From the NCBI GenBank assembly GCA_965203525.1, contig OZ241898.1, forward strand, positions 4,695,164 to 4,759,163: a stretch of DNA of 64,000 bases, written 5' to 3'. Shown in pieces: positions 26,995-35,367 of this stretch. The DNA comes from Vicinamibacterales bacterium (GTDB lineage: Bacteria; Acidobacteriota; Vicinamibacteria; Vicinamibacterales; UBA8438). The position numbers were made by a program, and so were the translations under genes. Each line of letters starts with the position of its first letter. Within the stretch, counting starts at the first letter, position 1. The notes under the pieces are model-generated. The model saw only the letters and a program-made list of their open reading frames with translations. It did no database searches and was not told the DNA's origin.

Positions 26995-27000
26995 TATAAT
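26995..27000 (+). promoter_or_regulatory. Consensus -10 hexamer TATAAT 9 nt upstream of the AAA+ ATPase ATG
   Basis: gtaaTATAATggctttccgATG lies in the divergent intergenic region shared with fadN. Confidence 0.45.
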
Positions 27001-27009
27001 GGCTTTCCG

Positions 27010-28149
27010 ATGACGGCGCCGCCGCAGCGCGTGTTCACTCCCGGCGACGGCGCCGTCCCCCCGGCGCTCACCGGCCGCGAACGGGAGGAGGAGGTGCTGC
27101 TGGGGTGCCTGGCGGATCTGGCCGTCGGCCGGGCGCCGCCGCACAACGTCGTCCTCACGGGCCCGCGCGGCAACGGCAAGACCGCGCTGCTCCACTGGTT
27201 CCAAAGCGCCTGCCGCGAACGCGGGAAGGGCGTGGAATTGGTGCACGTGACACCGGCCGACGTCCCGAGCCGGGAAGACCTCGTCGACGTCCTGGCGCCG
27301 CCGGCCGGCCTGGCGAGGCTGCTGCCCCGGAAGCTCGGTCTCGCGGCCGTCGGATCGGTCGAATGGGCGTCGCCGCAACGGACTGCGAGGACCCTGACGG
27401 CGCGGCTCGCCGCCCGTTGCCGCAGGCGGTCGCTCGCGGTGCTGCTCGACGAGGCGCACACGCTGGACCCCGCGGTCGGCCGCATGCTTCTCAACACCAG
27501 CCAGCAGGTGCGCGCCGAGGCGCCGTTCCTGCTGGTGCTGGCCGGCACGCCGGGCCTGCCGGCGCACCTCGGCGCCATGAACGCGACTTTCTGGAGCCGT
27601 CTGGCGGAAGGGCGCCTGGGGATCGGCCGCCTGAGCGACGAAGCCGCCCGGAACGCGCTGGTCGAACCGTTGAAGAAATACGGCGTGCGCATCGACCCGG
27701 AGCCGCTCGACGCGGTCGTCGAGAGCAGCCAGCGCTATCCGTACTTCATCCAGCTCTGGGGCGCTTCCCTGTGGAAGCAGCATGCGGCCACCGGCGCGGC
27801 GCGGCTGACCGCCGCCCACGTGGCCGCGGCGCGGCCCGCCGTGACGGCCCAGGTCGCGGACTACTACAAGGATCGCTGGCGGGAACTGGAGGCCGGCGAA
27901 CTGCTGCCGGCGGCGGTTGCCACGGCGCGGCTGTTCCGGGCCGGCGCCGACGCCGCGGCGTCCGACCACCAGATCGACGAAGCGCTCGCCGCGACCGGCG
28001 CGGACGCCGCGGGACGCCGGGCCGCCCGCGAGGCGCTGCACCGGCTCGGCTATTTCTGGGAGCCGCCGGACCAGTCGCCGCCGCTCACCTGGGTCGCCGG
28101 CATCCCGTCCCTGATGACCTACGTGGGCAGCCGGGCCGCGGAGGAATGA
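27010..28149 (+). CDS. Orphan AAA+ ATPase (ORC/Cdc6- or ATPase_2-like) with helical/wHTH-like C-terminus
   Basis: LTGREREEEVLL...VVLTGPRGNGKTALL (Walker A) and LAVLLDEAH (Walker B). No partner gene is present. Confidence 0.75.
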   Translation: MTAPPQRVFTPGDGAVPPALTGREREEEVLLGCLADLAVGRAPPHNVVLTGPRGNGKTALLHWFQSACRERGKGVELVHVTPADVPSREDLVDVLAPPAGLARLLPRKLGLAAVGSVEWASPQRTARTLTARLAARCRRRSLAVLLDEAHTLDPAVGRMLLNTSQQVRAEAPFLLVLAGTPGLPAHLGAMNATFWSRLAEGRLGIGRLSDEAARNALVEPLKKYGVRIDPEPLDAVVESSQRYPYFIQLWGASLWKQHAATGAARLTAAHVAAARPAVTAQVADYYKDRWRELEAGELLPAAVATARLFRAGADAAASDHQIDEALAATGADAAGRRAAREALHRLGYFWEPPDQSPPLTWVAGIPSLMTYVGSRAAEE

Positions 28150-28340
28150 ACGTTCATTCATCGGCCGGAGTGAACGAGCACAAGGGAGAAGTCAAAGGGA
28201 TATACCTGACTCTCCGATGACGGTGCCGCCGCGGCGCACATGCCCCCGGAGGAGCCCCTCCGCCTGGTCGCGGACTGCCGCCGGAGATGACGGAGGCGGA
28301 CGGCGGCCCCGTTTCCTTGATCGCGGGGATACCCGCAATC

Positions 28341-28346
28341 TACACT
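28341..28346 (+). promoter_or_regulatory. -10-like hexamer TACACT 7-10 nt upstream of the epimerase start
   Basis: TAnnnT hexamer just upstream of GTG 28354 / ATG 28357. Confidence 0.3.
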
Positions 28347-28353
28347 TCACTTC

Positions 28354-29454
28354 GTGATGGACGATCTCGTCGTCGTCACGGGCGGCGGCGGCTTCATCGG
28401 CGGCCACCTGATCGCGCGGCTGCGCGAACTCGGACATACCCGGCTGCGCTCGGTCGACGCGAAGCCGATCGACGAGTGGTACCAGCGCTTCGACGACGTC
28501 GAGAACCGCCGGCTCGATCTCCGGCGCCCCGAGGCCTGCAAGGAGGCGTGCCGCGGCGCGCAACAGGTTTTCCAGCTCGCGTCCGACATGGGGGGCATGG
28601 GCTTCATCGAGACGCACAAGGCCGAGTGCATGCTCTCGGTGCTGATCAACACGCACATGCTGGTCGCGGCCAGGGACGGCGGCGTCGAGCGTTTCTTCTT
28701 CTCGTCGTCCGCCTGCGTCTATCGTGCCGCCAGGCAGCGCGACGCCGACGTCACGCCGTTGCGCGAGTCCGACGCCCATCCGGCCGATCCGGAAGACGGC
28801 TACGGCTGGGAAAAGCTCTTTTCCGAGCGCATGTGCCGGCACTTCCGCGAGGACTACGGGCTGGCGACCCGGATCGCCCGGTACCACAACGTCTACGGGC
28901 CCGGCGGCGCCTGGGACGGCGGGCGGGAGAAGGCGCCGGCCGCGATCTGCCGCAAGGTGGTCCATGCGCTCGCGACCGGCGAGCGCACCATCGAAATCTG
29001 GGGCGACGGCGCCCAGACCCGCTCGTTCACGTACGTCGACGACTGCATCGAGGGAACCTTGCGCCTCATGGCGAGCGGCGTCGAAGACCCGCTCAACGTC
29101 GGCTCCGACGAACTGGTGACGATCGACGGCCTCGTCGACGTCGTCGAAGAGGTCGCGGGCGCGTCCCTCGAGCGCCGCTACCGGCTCGACGCGCCGCGCG
29201 GCGTCATGGGGCGCAACTCGGACAACACCCGGATCCGGCGCGACCTCGGTTGGGCGCCGGGCATCGGCCTGCGCGACGGGATGGCGCGCACCTACGCGTG
29301 GATCGAGAAGCAGTACCACGCCGGCGGCGCGCGACGCCTTCCCCGCTCCGACGCGGGCCGCAACGGAATCGAACGCATTCGTTCCGCCGCGCCGACCTGC
29401 AACGCCCCGGGCGCTCCGGACGACAAGTGCCATCCTCCGCAATCCTCATCCTGA
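28354..29454 (+). CDS. NAD-dependent sugar epimerase, GDP-mannose 3,5-epimerase-like
   Basis: VTGGGGFIGGHL, FFFSSSACVY, and YGWEKLFSERMCRHFREDYGLATRIARYHNVYGP, which closely recalls GME-type enzymes. Confidence 0.8.
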   Translation: MMDDLVVVTGGGGFIGGHLIARLRELGHTRLRSVDAKPIDEWYQRFDDVENRRLDLRRPEACKEACRGAQQVFQLASDMGGMGFIETHKAECMLSVLINTHMLVAARDGGVERFFFSSSACVYRAARQRDADVTPLRESDAHPADPEDGYGWEKLFSERMCRHFREDYGLATRIARYHNVYGPGGAWDGGREKAPAAICRKVVHALATGERTIEIWGDGAQTRSFTYVDDCIEGTLRLMASGVEDPLNVGSDELVTIDGLVDVVEEVAGASLERRYRLDAPRGVMGRNSDNTRIRRDLGWAPGIGLRDGMARTYAWIEKQYHAGGARRLPRSDAGRNGIERIRSAAPTCNAPGAPDDKCHPPQSSS

Positions 29455-30698
29455 GCCAGGTCTACGTGCCGGATCCGGCGAGCGTCGGCCAGCACCTGGC
29501 CGACGTGGCGGCCGAGCTGCGGCGGCGCGGCCGCCGGGTGGTGGTGCTCACTTCCGCGCGCGGTTACGGCGATCCGAGCCGGCGCTACCCCGCGCGCGAG
29601 CGGCGGGACGGCGTCGAGATTCGGCGCCTCCCCCTGGCTTCCTTCGGCAAGGGCTCGATGCTGCCGCGCCTCGCCGGCGCGGCGTCGTTCCTGCTCCAGG
29701 CCCTCGTGCGCGGGATCTTCACCCGCGGGCTGGCCGGGGTGCTGGTGAGCACGTCCCCGCCGATGGCGACGCTGGCCGCGCTCGGCATCTCGGCGCTGCG
29801 CCGGTCGCCGATCTGTTTCTGGGTGATGGACATCAACCCCGATCAGGCGGTCGCCCTCGGGCAGATGCAGCCGGCCGGCCTCGCGGTGCGCGCGTTCGAG
29901 ATGCTGAACCGCGCCGCGCTGCGCCGAGCGCGGAGCGTGGTGACGCTCGATCGCTTCATGGCCGAACGTCTCGAGCGCAAGGCGCACATCGGCGGCCGCC
30001 TCGCCGTCCTGCCGCCGTGGCCGCACAACGATCCGCGCCGCGCGCCGTCCCGAGGCGAAAACCCGTTCCGTCGCGAGCAGGGCCTGGACGGCAAGCTGGT
30101 CTTCCTGTACAGCGGCAACCACTCGCAGGCGCACCCCCTGACCACGCTGCTCGAGGCGGCCTGGCGAGTGCGGGACCTCGAGCGCGTCGTGTTCCTGTTC
30201 GTCGGCTCCGGTTCCGCCCGGCGCGAGGTGGACGCGGCGATCGCGGCGGGCGTCGGCAACGTGCGCGCGCTGCCCTATCAGCCGCTCGAGCGCCTCGACC
30301 GGTCGCTCGCCGCCGCCGACGCGCACCTGGTCACGTTCGGCGACCCGATGGTCGGCATCGTCCATCCGAGCAAGGTCTACGGCGCCATGGCGGCGGCGCG
30401 CCCGATACTCCTCGTCGGCCCGGAGCGATGCAGCGCCGCGGACCTCGTCCGCCGGCACAGGATCGGCTGGATTCACCGGCACGGCGACGTGGACGGGGTG
30501 GAACGCACGGTGCGCGCCGCCGCGGCGGCGGAGGCCGGCGAGCTGGAGGCGATGGGCGCGCGCGCGCGAAGAGCGGCCGCGCCTTTTGCGAAGGCGGAGC
30601 TCTGTCCCCGCCTCTGCGATCTCGTGGTCGACGCGCTGCCGGTCCGGGACGCCGGGACGTCGCCGGCCGGCGCCCGCGCGGAAGCCGGCCGAACGTGA
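29427..30698 (+). CDS. GT4-family glycosyltransferase (WcaI-like)
   Basis: ILILSQVYVPDPASVGQHLADVAAELRRRGRRVVVLT is a WcaI-type N-terminus. The C-terminal half is GT-B-like, but I did not locate the E-x7-E motif itself. The GTG at 29427 lies in a longer ORF open from 28287. Confidence 0.8.
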   Translation: MPSSAILILSQVYVPDPASVGQHLADVAAELRRRGRRVVVLTSARGYGDPSRRYPARERRDGVEIRRLPLASFGKGSMLPRLAGAASFLLQALVRGIFTRGLAGVLVSTSPPMATLAALGISALRRSPICFWVMDINPDQAVALGQMQPAGLAVRAFEMLNRAALRRARSVVTLDRFMAERLERKAHIGGRLAVLPPWPHNDPRRAPSRGENPFRREQGLDGKLVFLYSGNHSQAHPLTTLLEAAWRVRDLERVVFLFVGSGSARREVDAAIAAGVGNVRALPYQPLERLDRSLAAADAHLVTFGDPMVGIVHPSKVYGAMAAARPILLVGPERCSAADLVRRHRIGWIHRHGDVDGVERTVRAAAAAEAGELEAMGARARRAAAPFAKAELCPRLCDLVVDALPVRDAGTSPAGARAEAGRT

Positions 30699-30842
30699 TC
30701 GCCCGCCGTTCCCTGCCCGTCATGCCGGCGCCGGACAGGTCGACGCCCGCGCGGAAGCCGGCCGAACGTGATCGCCCGCCGTTCCCTGCTCGTCATGCCG
30801 GCGCCGGACAGGTCGACGCCCCGCGCGGAAGCCGGCCGAACG
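30671..30842. repeat. 73-74-bp tandem repeat, ~2.3 copies, starting in the GT4 3' end
   Basis: The unit cgcccgcgcggaagccggccgaacgtgatcgcccgccgttccctgc(c/t)cgtcatgccggcgccggacaggtcga starts at 30671, 30744 and 30817. Confidence 0.9.
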
Positions 30843-30919
30843 GGGTCGGTCGCGGTCGTCAGGCAGCCATGCCGCCGTCCTGACGGCGCCCGGCTTGACG
30901 CACGCCTGCGAGACGGCCG

Positions 30920-31909
30920 TCAGGCGCCCTGCGCGGGGTCGTCCAGCGACCTCACCCAGCGGGCGGTTTCCCGGACGCCCTGTTCCACGGCGCACGGCAG
31001 GTCGCCGCAGACTTCCCGGATCGGCGCGACGTCGATCCGCGGCTCGGCGAGAACGTTCCGGAGCCGAAAGGAATTGAACGGAAAATTCCGGAACCCGACG
31101 AAATTGATCAGATCGCCCGCTCCGGCGGCCAGTCTGGCGAGGGGCGTCGGGAGGGTCCGAATCGGCGGCGCGCCGAGTTCCCGCTGCAGGCCGTCGCACC
31201 AGCTCCGCAGCGAGAGCGGCCGGTAGTCGGCCAGGTAGAAGACCTTGCGGTGGATCGCCGCCGCCGGCGCATCGAGGAGCCGCTGGTACTGGTGCGCCAC
31301 GTTCCCCACGTAGCCGTACGCCTTCCACCGCGGCTCGCGCCCCACGTGAAAGTACCAACCCCGCCGGATCATGCGCAGGAAGCGGAGGTAGTGCCGTCCC
31401 ATGCCGGGACCCCACACCGTCGTGGGGCGTACGATGCACCATTCGGGAACCCCTCCGCGCCGCTCCCGGATCGAGCGCTCCATGATCGCCTTGCTCGCGC
31501 CGTACAGGTTGGGCGGCCGGAGGTCGTCCGGGCCGGCGGGAACGTATCCGGCCGGACAGACCAGTTGGGTGGAGGTGAAGATGCAGCGCCGCACGCCGGC
31601 GCCGGCCATGGCGTCCATCAGGTGGATGGTTCCGCGGGTGTTCACCCGGTATTGCGCGCCGCTCCCGGTGTCCGCCAGATCGGTGCGGGCGGCGAGGTGG
31701 ACCACCGCGTCCGGCGCGACCTCGCCCACGACCTCCGCCACCCGGTTCCGGTCCAGCAGATCGCAGAGCCGGAACCTCCGCCGGTGGCCTTCCGCTGATG
31801 GAGGGACCAGGTCGGCGCCCCACGCGTCGCAGCCGACCGCCAGCAGCCGCTGGAGAAGATGGCGCCCGATGAAACCCGAGCTGCCGGTGACGAGGACCCT
31901 TCCGGTCAT
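30920..31909 (-). CDS. NAD-dependent epimerase/dehydratase
   Basis: VLVTGSSGFIGRHL Rossmann motif and YGASK catalytic dyad. Confidence 0.85.
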   Translation of the reverse strand: MTGRVLVTGSSGFIGRHLLQRLLAVGCDAWGADLVPPSAEGHRRRFRLCDLLDRNRVAEVVGEVAPDAVVHLAARTDLADTGSGAQYRVNTRGTIHLMDAMAGAGVRRCIFTSTQLVCPAGYVPAGPDDLRPPNLYGASKAIMERSIRERRGGVPEWCIVRPTTVWGPGMGRHYLRFLRMIRRGWYFHVGREPRWKAYGYVGNVAHQYQRLLDAPAAAIHRKVFYLADYRPLSLRSWCDGLQRELGAPPIRTLPTPLARLAAGAGDLINFVGFRNFPFNSFRLRNVLAEPRIDVAPIREVCGDLPCAVEQGVRETARWVRSLDDPAQGA

Positions 31910-32137
31910 CGCTGTTGCCCGTCACGCGGCGGGCGCCGCCGCTCGACCGGCCGACGCGCGACCGCATCGCAGAGGCGATCGGCGACGGAGGCGCCGGGAC
32001 TTCCCCGCCCCCGCCCTTCGGCGCCGGCCGGAAACCTTCGGCGTGGCGCGCGCTCCCGGGAACGGGGTCGACCCTGCGCCGAACCGGAGAGGCGCGCAAC
32101 GCTTTGCGCTCGGGAGCGCAACGCCGGGGCGCAGGCC

Positions 32138-33310
32138 ATGACCGGCGCGACCTCCGGCCGGATGCCGGACGCGGGCGGCGTGGCCGGCCGGACGCGGCGG
32201 ATAGCCATGCTCATGCCTTCGCTGGCGGGGGGCGGCGCGGAGAAGATGTTTCTGATGGTCGCCGCCGGCCTCGCGCGCCGCGGCTTCGCGGTCGATCTGC
32301 TCATCGAACGCGCCGAGGGCCCGTACGTGGAACTGGTGCCCACGGGGGTCCGGCTGCTGCGTCTCGATGCGCGGCTGTCCGGCACCACCCTTCCCAAGCT
32401 GCTGCGGTACCTCCATCGGGAACGTCCCGACGTGCTGCTGTCGAACCTGGACTGGACCAACGCCTTCGCCCTGATCGCGAAGAAGTGCTTCGCGCGCGAG
32501 CCGCGGGTCGTGGTGCGGCAGGCGGCCGTTTTTTCGGCGGCGCTCGCCGAGAGCCGGTTCCGGATCCGCGGGGTCGTGATGCGGGCGCTGAAACACCTCC
32601 TGCCCTCCGCCGACGCGATCATAGCGGTCTCCCGCGGCGTGGCGGAGGATCTCGAGCGCCACCTGCCCGGGGCGGCGCGAGATCTGGTGCGCGTCGTTCC
32701 CAACCCGGTGGTCGACTCCGAGCTGGCCGCGCGGGCGGCGGCGCCGGTGGCCCACCCCTGGTTCGCCGACCGGCGGGTTCCGGTGGTGCTGTCGGCCGGA
32801 CGCCTGCATTCCCACAAGGACTTTCCGACGCTGCTCAGGGCGTTTTCCGAAGTGGCGCAGGCGCGCCCGGCGCGCCTGGTGATACTCGGCGAGGGCCCTC
32901 TTCTTGCGAGGCTGCGGGCGCTCGCCCGGGAGCTGCGGATCGAGCGGGCCGTCGACTTCCCCGGGTTCCGGACCAACCCGTTCGCGTACATGGCGAAGGC
33001 GCGGGTGTTCGCGCTCTCCTCCACGTCCGAAGGGCTGCCGTCCGTGCTGATCGAGAGCATGGCGTGCGGGACGCCCGTGGTCGCCACGGACTGTCCGTAC
33101 GGTCCGCGGGAGATACTGGAAGGCGGCAGGTGGGGGCGGCTCGTGCCGGTGGGAGATCATCAGTCGCTGGCCGGGGCGATCCGGGACACCCTGGACCGCC
33201 CCGGCGACCCCGGTCTCCTGGTTGCCAGAGCCGGCCGGTACGCGGTGGAGCCGGCCGTCGACCAGTACTTGCGCGTGCTGCTGCCGAAACGCCGGAGCCG
33301 CCTGCGATAG
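32138..33310 (+). CDS. GT4-family glycosyltransferase
   Basis: MLMPSLAGGGAEKM...SSTSEGLPSVLIESMACGTPVVATD. Paralogous to the gene at 42862..43977. The start may be slightly downstream. Confidence 0.85.
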   Translation: MTGATSGRMPDAGGVAGRTRRIAMLMPSLAGGGAEKMFLMVAAGLARRGFAVDLLIERAEGPYVELVPTGVRLLRLDARLSGTTLPKLLRYLHRERPDVLLSNLDWTNAFALIAKKCFAREPRVVVRQAAVFSAALAESRFRIRGVVMRALKHLLPSADAIIAVSRGVAEDLERHLPGAARDLVRVVPNPVVDSELAARAAAPVAHPWFADRRVPVVLSAGRLHSHKDFPTLLRAFSEVAQARPARLVILGEGPLLARLRALARELRIERAVDFPGFRTNPFAYMAKARVFALSSTSEGLPSVLIESMACGTPVVATDCPYGPREILEGGRWGRLVPVGDHQSLAGAIRDTLDRPGDPGLLVARAGRYAVEPAVDQYLRVLLPKRRSRLR

Positions 33311-33475
33311 CGCAGACGTTCCTTGCGTTGCTCGTTCCGGCAACTTGCGCGCGGCGCGGGCGCGCGCGTCCGCGGACTGCCGGTCACGACGCTCTTCCGT
33401 TGCTCGTTCACGTGCTCGTTCACGATTCCGGCCCGATGTCCGCGCTGCCGAGCGCAACCATGCGCGGCCGGGTGC

Positions 33476-33481
33476 CATAAT
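33476..33481 (+). promoter_or_regulatory. -10-like hexamer CATAAT 6 nt upstream of ATG 33488
   Basis: gtgcCATAATcgggccATG. Confidence 0.35.
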
Positions 33482-33487
33482 CGGGCC

Positions 33488-35095
33488 ATGCGCTTCTTCA
33501 ACACGGAAGGGCCGGTGCGCCCGGACGACCACTACGCCATTCCGCCGCTGAGCCGGGTGGACGTCGACGAACTGCTGGATCTGGTTCGGTCCAAGCGCTA
33601 CTTCGTGTTGCACGCGCCGCGGCAGACCGGCAAGACCTCCACTCTGATCGCTCTGCGCGACCTGCTCAACCGCGGCGAGGCGGGCGATTTCCGTTGCGTG
33701 GACGTGAACGTCGAGGTCGGTCAGGTGGCCCGCGACGACACCGCGCGGGGCATGCGGGCCATTCTGAGCAGTCTGGCCTCCGGCGCACGGCTTCTGGGCG
33801 ACGACTACCCGGACGGCGTCTGGCCCGACCTGCTCGCCAGAATCGGGCCGGAGGACGCCCTCCGGGAATTGCTCACCCGCTGGTGCATGGCCAACCCGAC
33901 GCCGCTGGTGCTGCTGGTGGACGAGATCGATTCGCTGGTGGGCGACACCCTGCTGTCGGTGCTGCGCCAGCTCCGCGCGGGCTATCCGCAGCGCCCCGCG
34001 GGCTTCCCGCAGAGCATCGTGCTGTGCGGCGTGCGCGACGTCCGCGACTACCGCATCCGGTCGAGTTCGGGCGAGGTCGTCGCGGGCGGCAGCCCGTTCA
34101 ACGTCGCCGCGAAGTCGCTGCGCCTGGGCGACTTCACCGAGGCCGAGACCCGATCGCTGATGGCGCAGCACACGGCGGAGACCGGCCAGCGCTTTTCGGC
34201 GGCGGCGCTCGACGCGGTGTGGACGCAGACGCGGGGCCAGCCGTGGCTGGTGAACGCGCTGTGCGCGGGGGCGTGCTTCGACGACCGGGCGGGGCGCGAC
34301 CGCTCGCGCGCCATCGGGGAGGACGACGTCCACGCGGCGCGGGAGGAACTGATCCTCTCGCGCCGCACGCACCTGGACCAGCTCGCCCACAAGCTGGAGG
34401 AGGAGCGGGTGCGGCGGGTCGTCGAGCCGATCCTGAGCGGCGGCGAGGCGCGGCACCACGTGCGCGACCTCGAATACGTCCGCGACCTGGGTCTGATCGA
34501 CGGCGGCGCGCCGCCGCGCATGGCGAACCCGATCTACGCGGAGGTGGTGCCGCGCGAGCTGGGTTACGTGTTGCAGAGCAGCCTGGACCAGGACGTGGCG
34601 TGGTACGTGGACGGCGCCGGCGGCCTGGACGTGCGCAAGCTGCTGGCGGCGTTCCGCACGTTCTACGGGGAGCACGCGGAGCACTGGCTGGGGCGCTTCG
34701 ACGACTACCCCGAGGCGGCGCCGCAGCTCATCCTGCAGGCGTACCTGCAGCGGGTGGTGAACGGAGGCGGCCGCATCGAGCGGGAGTACGGGTTGGGCCG
34801 GGGCCGTACGGACCTGCTGTTGCGGTGGCCGCGCGAGCCGGGCCAGCCGGCGGAACTGTGGCAGCGGTTCGTGATCGAGTGCAAGGTGCTGCGCGACGCG
34901 GACCGCAAGAGCCTCGCGGGGACGATCGAGCGCGGGGTGGAGCAGACGCTGGGCTACATGGCGCGGTGCGGCGCCGAGGAAGGGCATCTGGTGGTGATCG
35001 ACCGCCGCGCCGAGGAACGCCGGCGCGGTGACGGCGAGGCGGGGGCCGGCGAGCGCCGGCGGGAGGGCCGCCGGGTGGTCGTCTGGACGCTGTAG
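33488..35095 (+). CDS. AAA-ATPase-like domain protein with C-terminal PD-(D/E)XK nuclease-like domain
   Basis: MRFFNTEGPVRPDDHYAIPPLSR...YFVLHAPRQTGKTS is the typical N-terminus of the predicted-AAA-ATPase family. The C-terminus GRGRTDLLL...FVIECKV fits a D...ExK nuclease core. Confidence 0.8.
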   Translation: MRFFNTEGPVRPDDHYAIPPLSRVDVDELLDLVRSKRYFVLHAPRQTGKTSTLIALRDLLNRGEAGDFRCVDVNVEVGQVARDDTARGMRAILSSLASGARLLGDDYPDGVWPDLLARIGPEDALRELLTRWCMANPTPLVLLVDEIDSLVGDTLLSVLRQLRAGYPQRPAGFPQSIVLCGVRDVRDYRIRSSSGEVVAGGSPFNVAAKSLRLGDFTEAETRSLMAQHTAETGQRFSAAALDAVWTQTRGQPWLVNALCAGACFDDRAGRDRSRAIGEDDVHAAREELILSRRTHLDQLAHKLEEERVRRVVEPILSGGEARHHVRDLEYVRDLGLIDGGAPPRMANPIYAEVVPRELGYVLQSSLDQDVAWYVDGAGGLDVRKLLAAFRTFYGEHAEHWLGRFDDYPEAAPQLILQAYLQRVVNGGGRIEREYGLGRGRTDLLLRWPREPGQPAELWQRFVIECKVLRDADRKSLAGTIERGVEQTLGYMARCGAEEGHLVVIDRRAEERRRGDGEAGAGERRREGRRVVVWTL

Positions 35096-35182
35096 CGTGA
35101 CCGGGCGCGACAGGCGCCCTGAGCGATGCGCGGCGCCGAGACGCTCGCCGGCGCGCCCGGACGCGGCAACCGCGCGTGCCGC

Positions 35183-35314
35183 TCAGCCCGTTTCGGAAGC
35201 GATCCGCCGGGCCCCGAGGTAGCGGTTCCGCCAGTAGCGGACGCTCAGGCTCTCGACGCGGACCTTGCCGCGTTCGCTCGGCGCATGGACGAACCGGCCG
35301 TCGCCGAGCGCCAG
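35183..35314 (-). pseudogene. 43-codon remnant of an unidentified gene
   Basis: The minus frame LALGDGRFVHAPSERGKVRVESLSVRYWRNRYLGARRIASETG* is protein-like. It is preceded immediately by an in-frame TAG and has no start codon. Confidence 0.25.
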
Positions 35315-35351
35315 CTACCGAACCGCGGGAGCCGCCGTGCGGCTCCGCCGG

Positions 35352-35357
35352 TACAAT
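35352..35357 (+). promoter_or_regulatory. -10-like hexamer TACAAT 10 nt upstream of the asnB ATG
   Basis: ggTACAATgcgcgttcgcATGTGT; the Met-Cys start is fixed by the amidotransferase chemistry. Confidence 0.35.
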
Positions 35358-35367
35358 GCGCGTTCGC

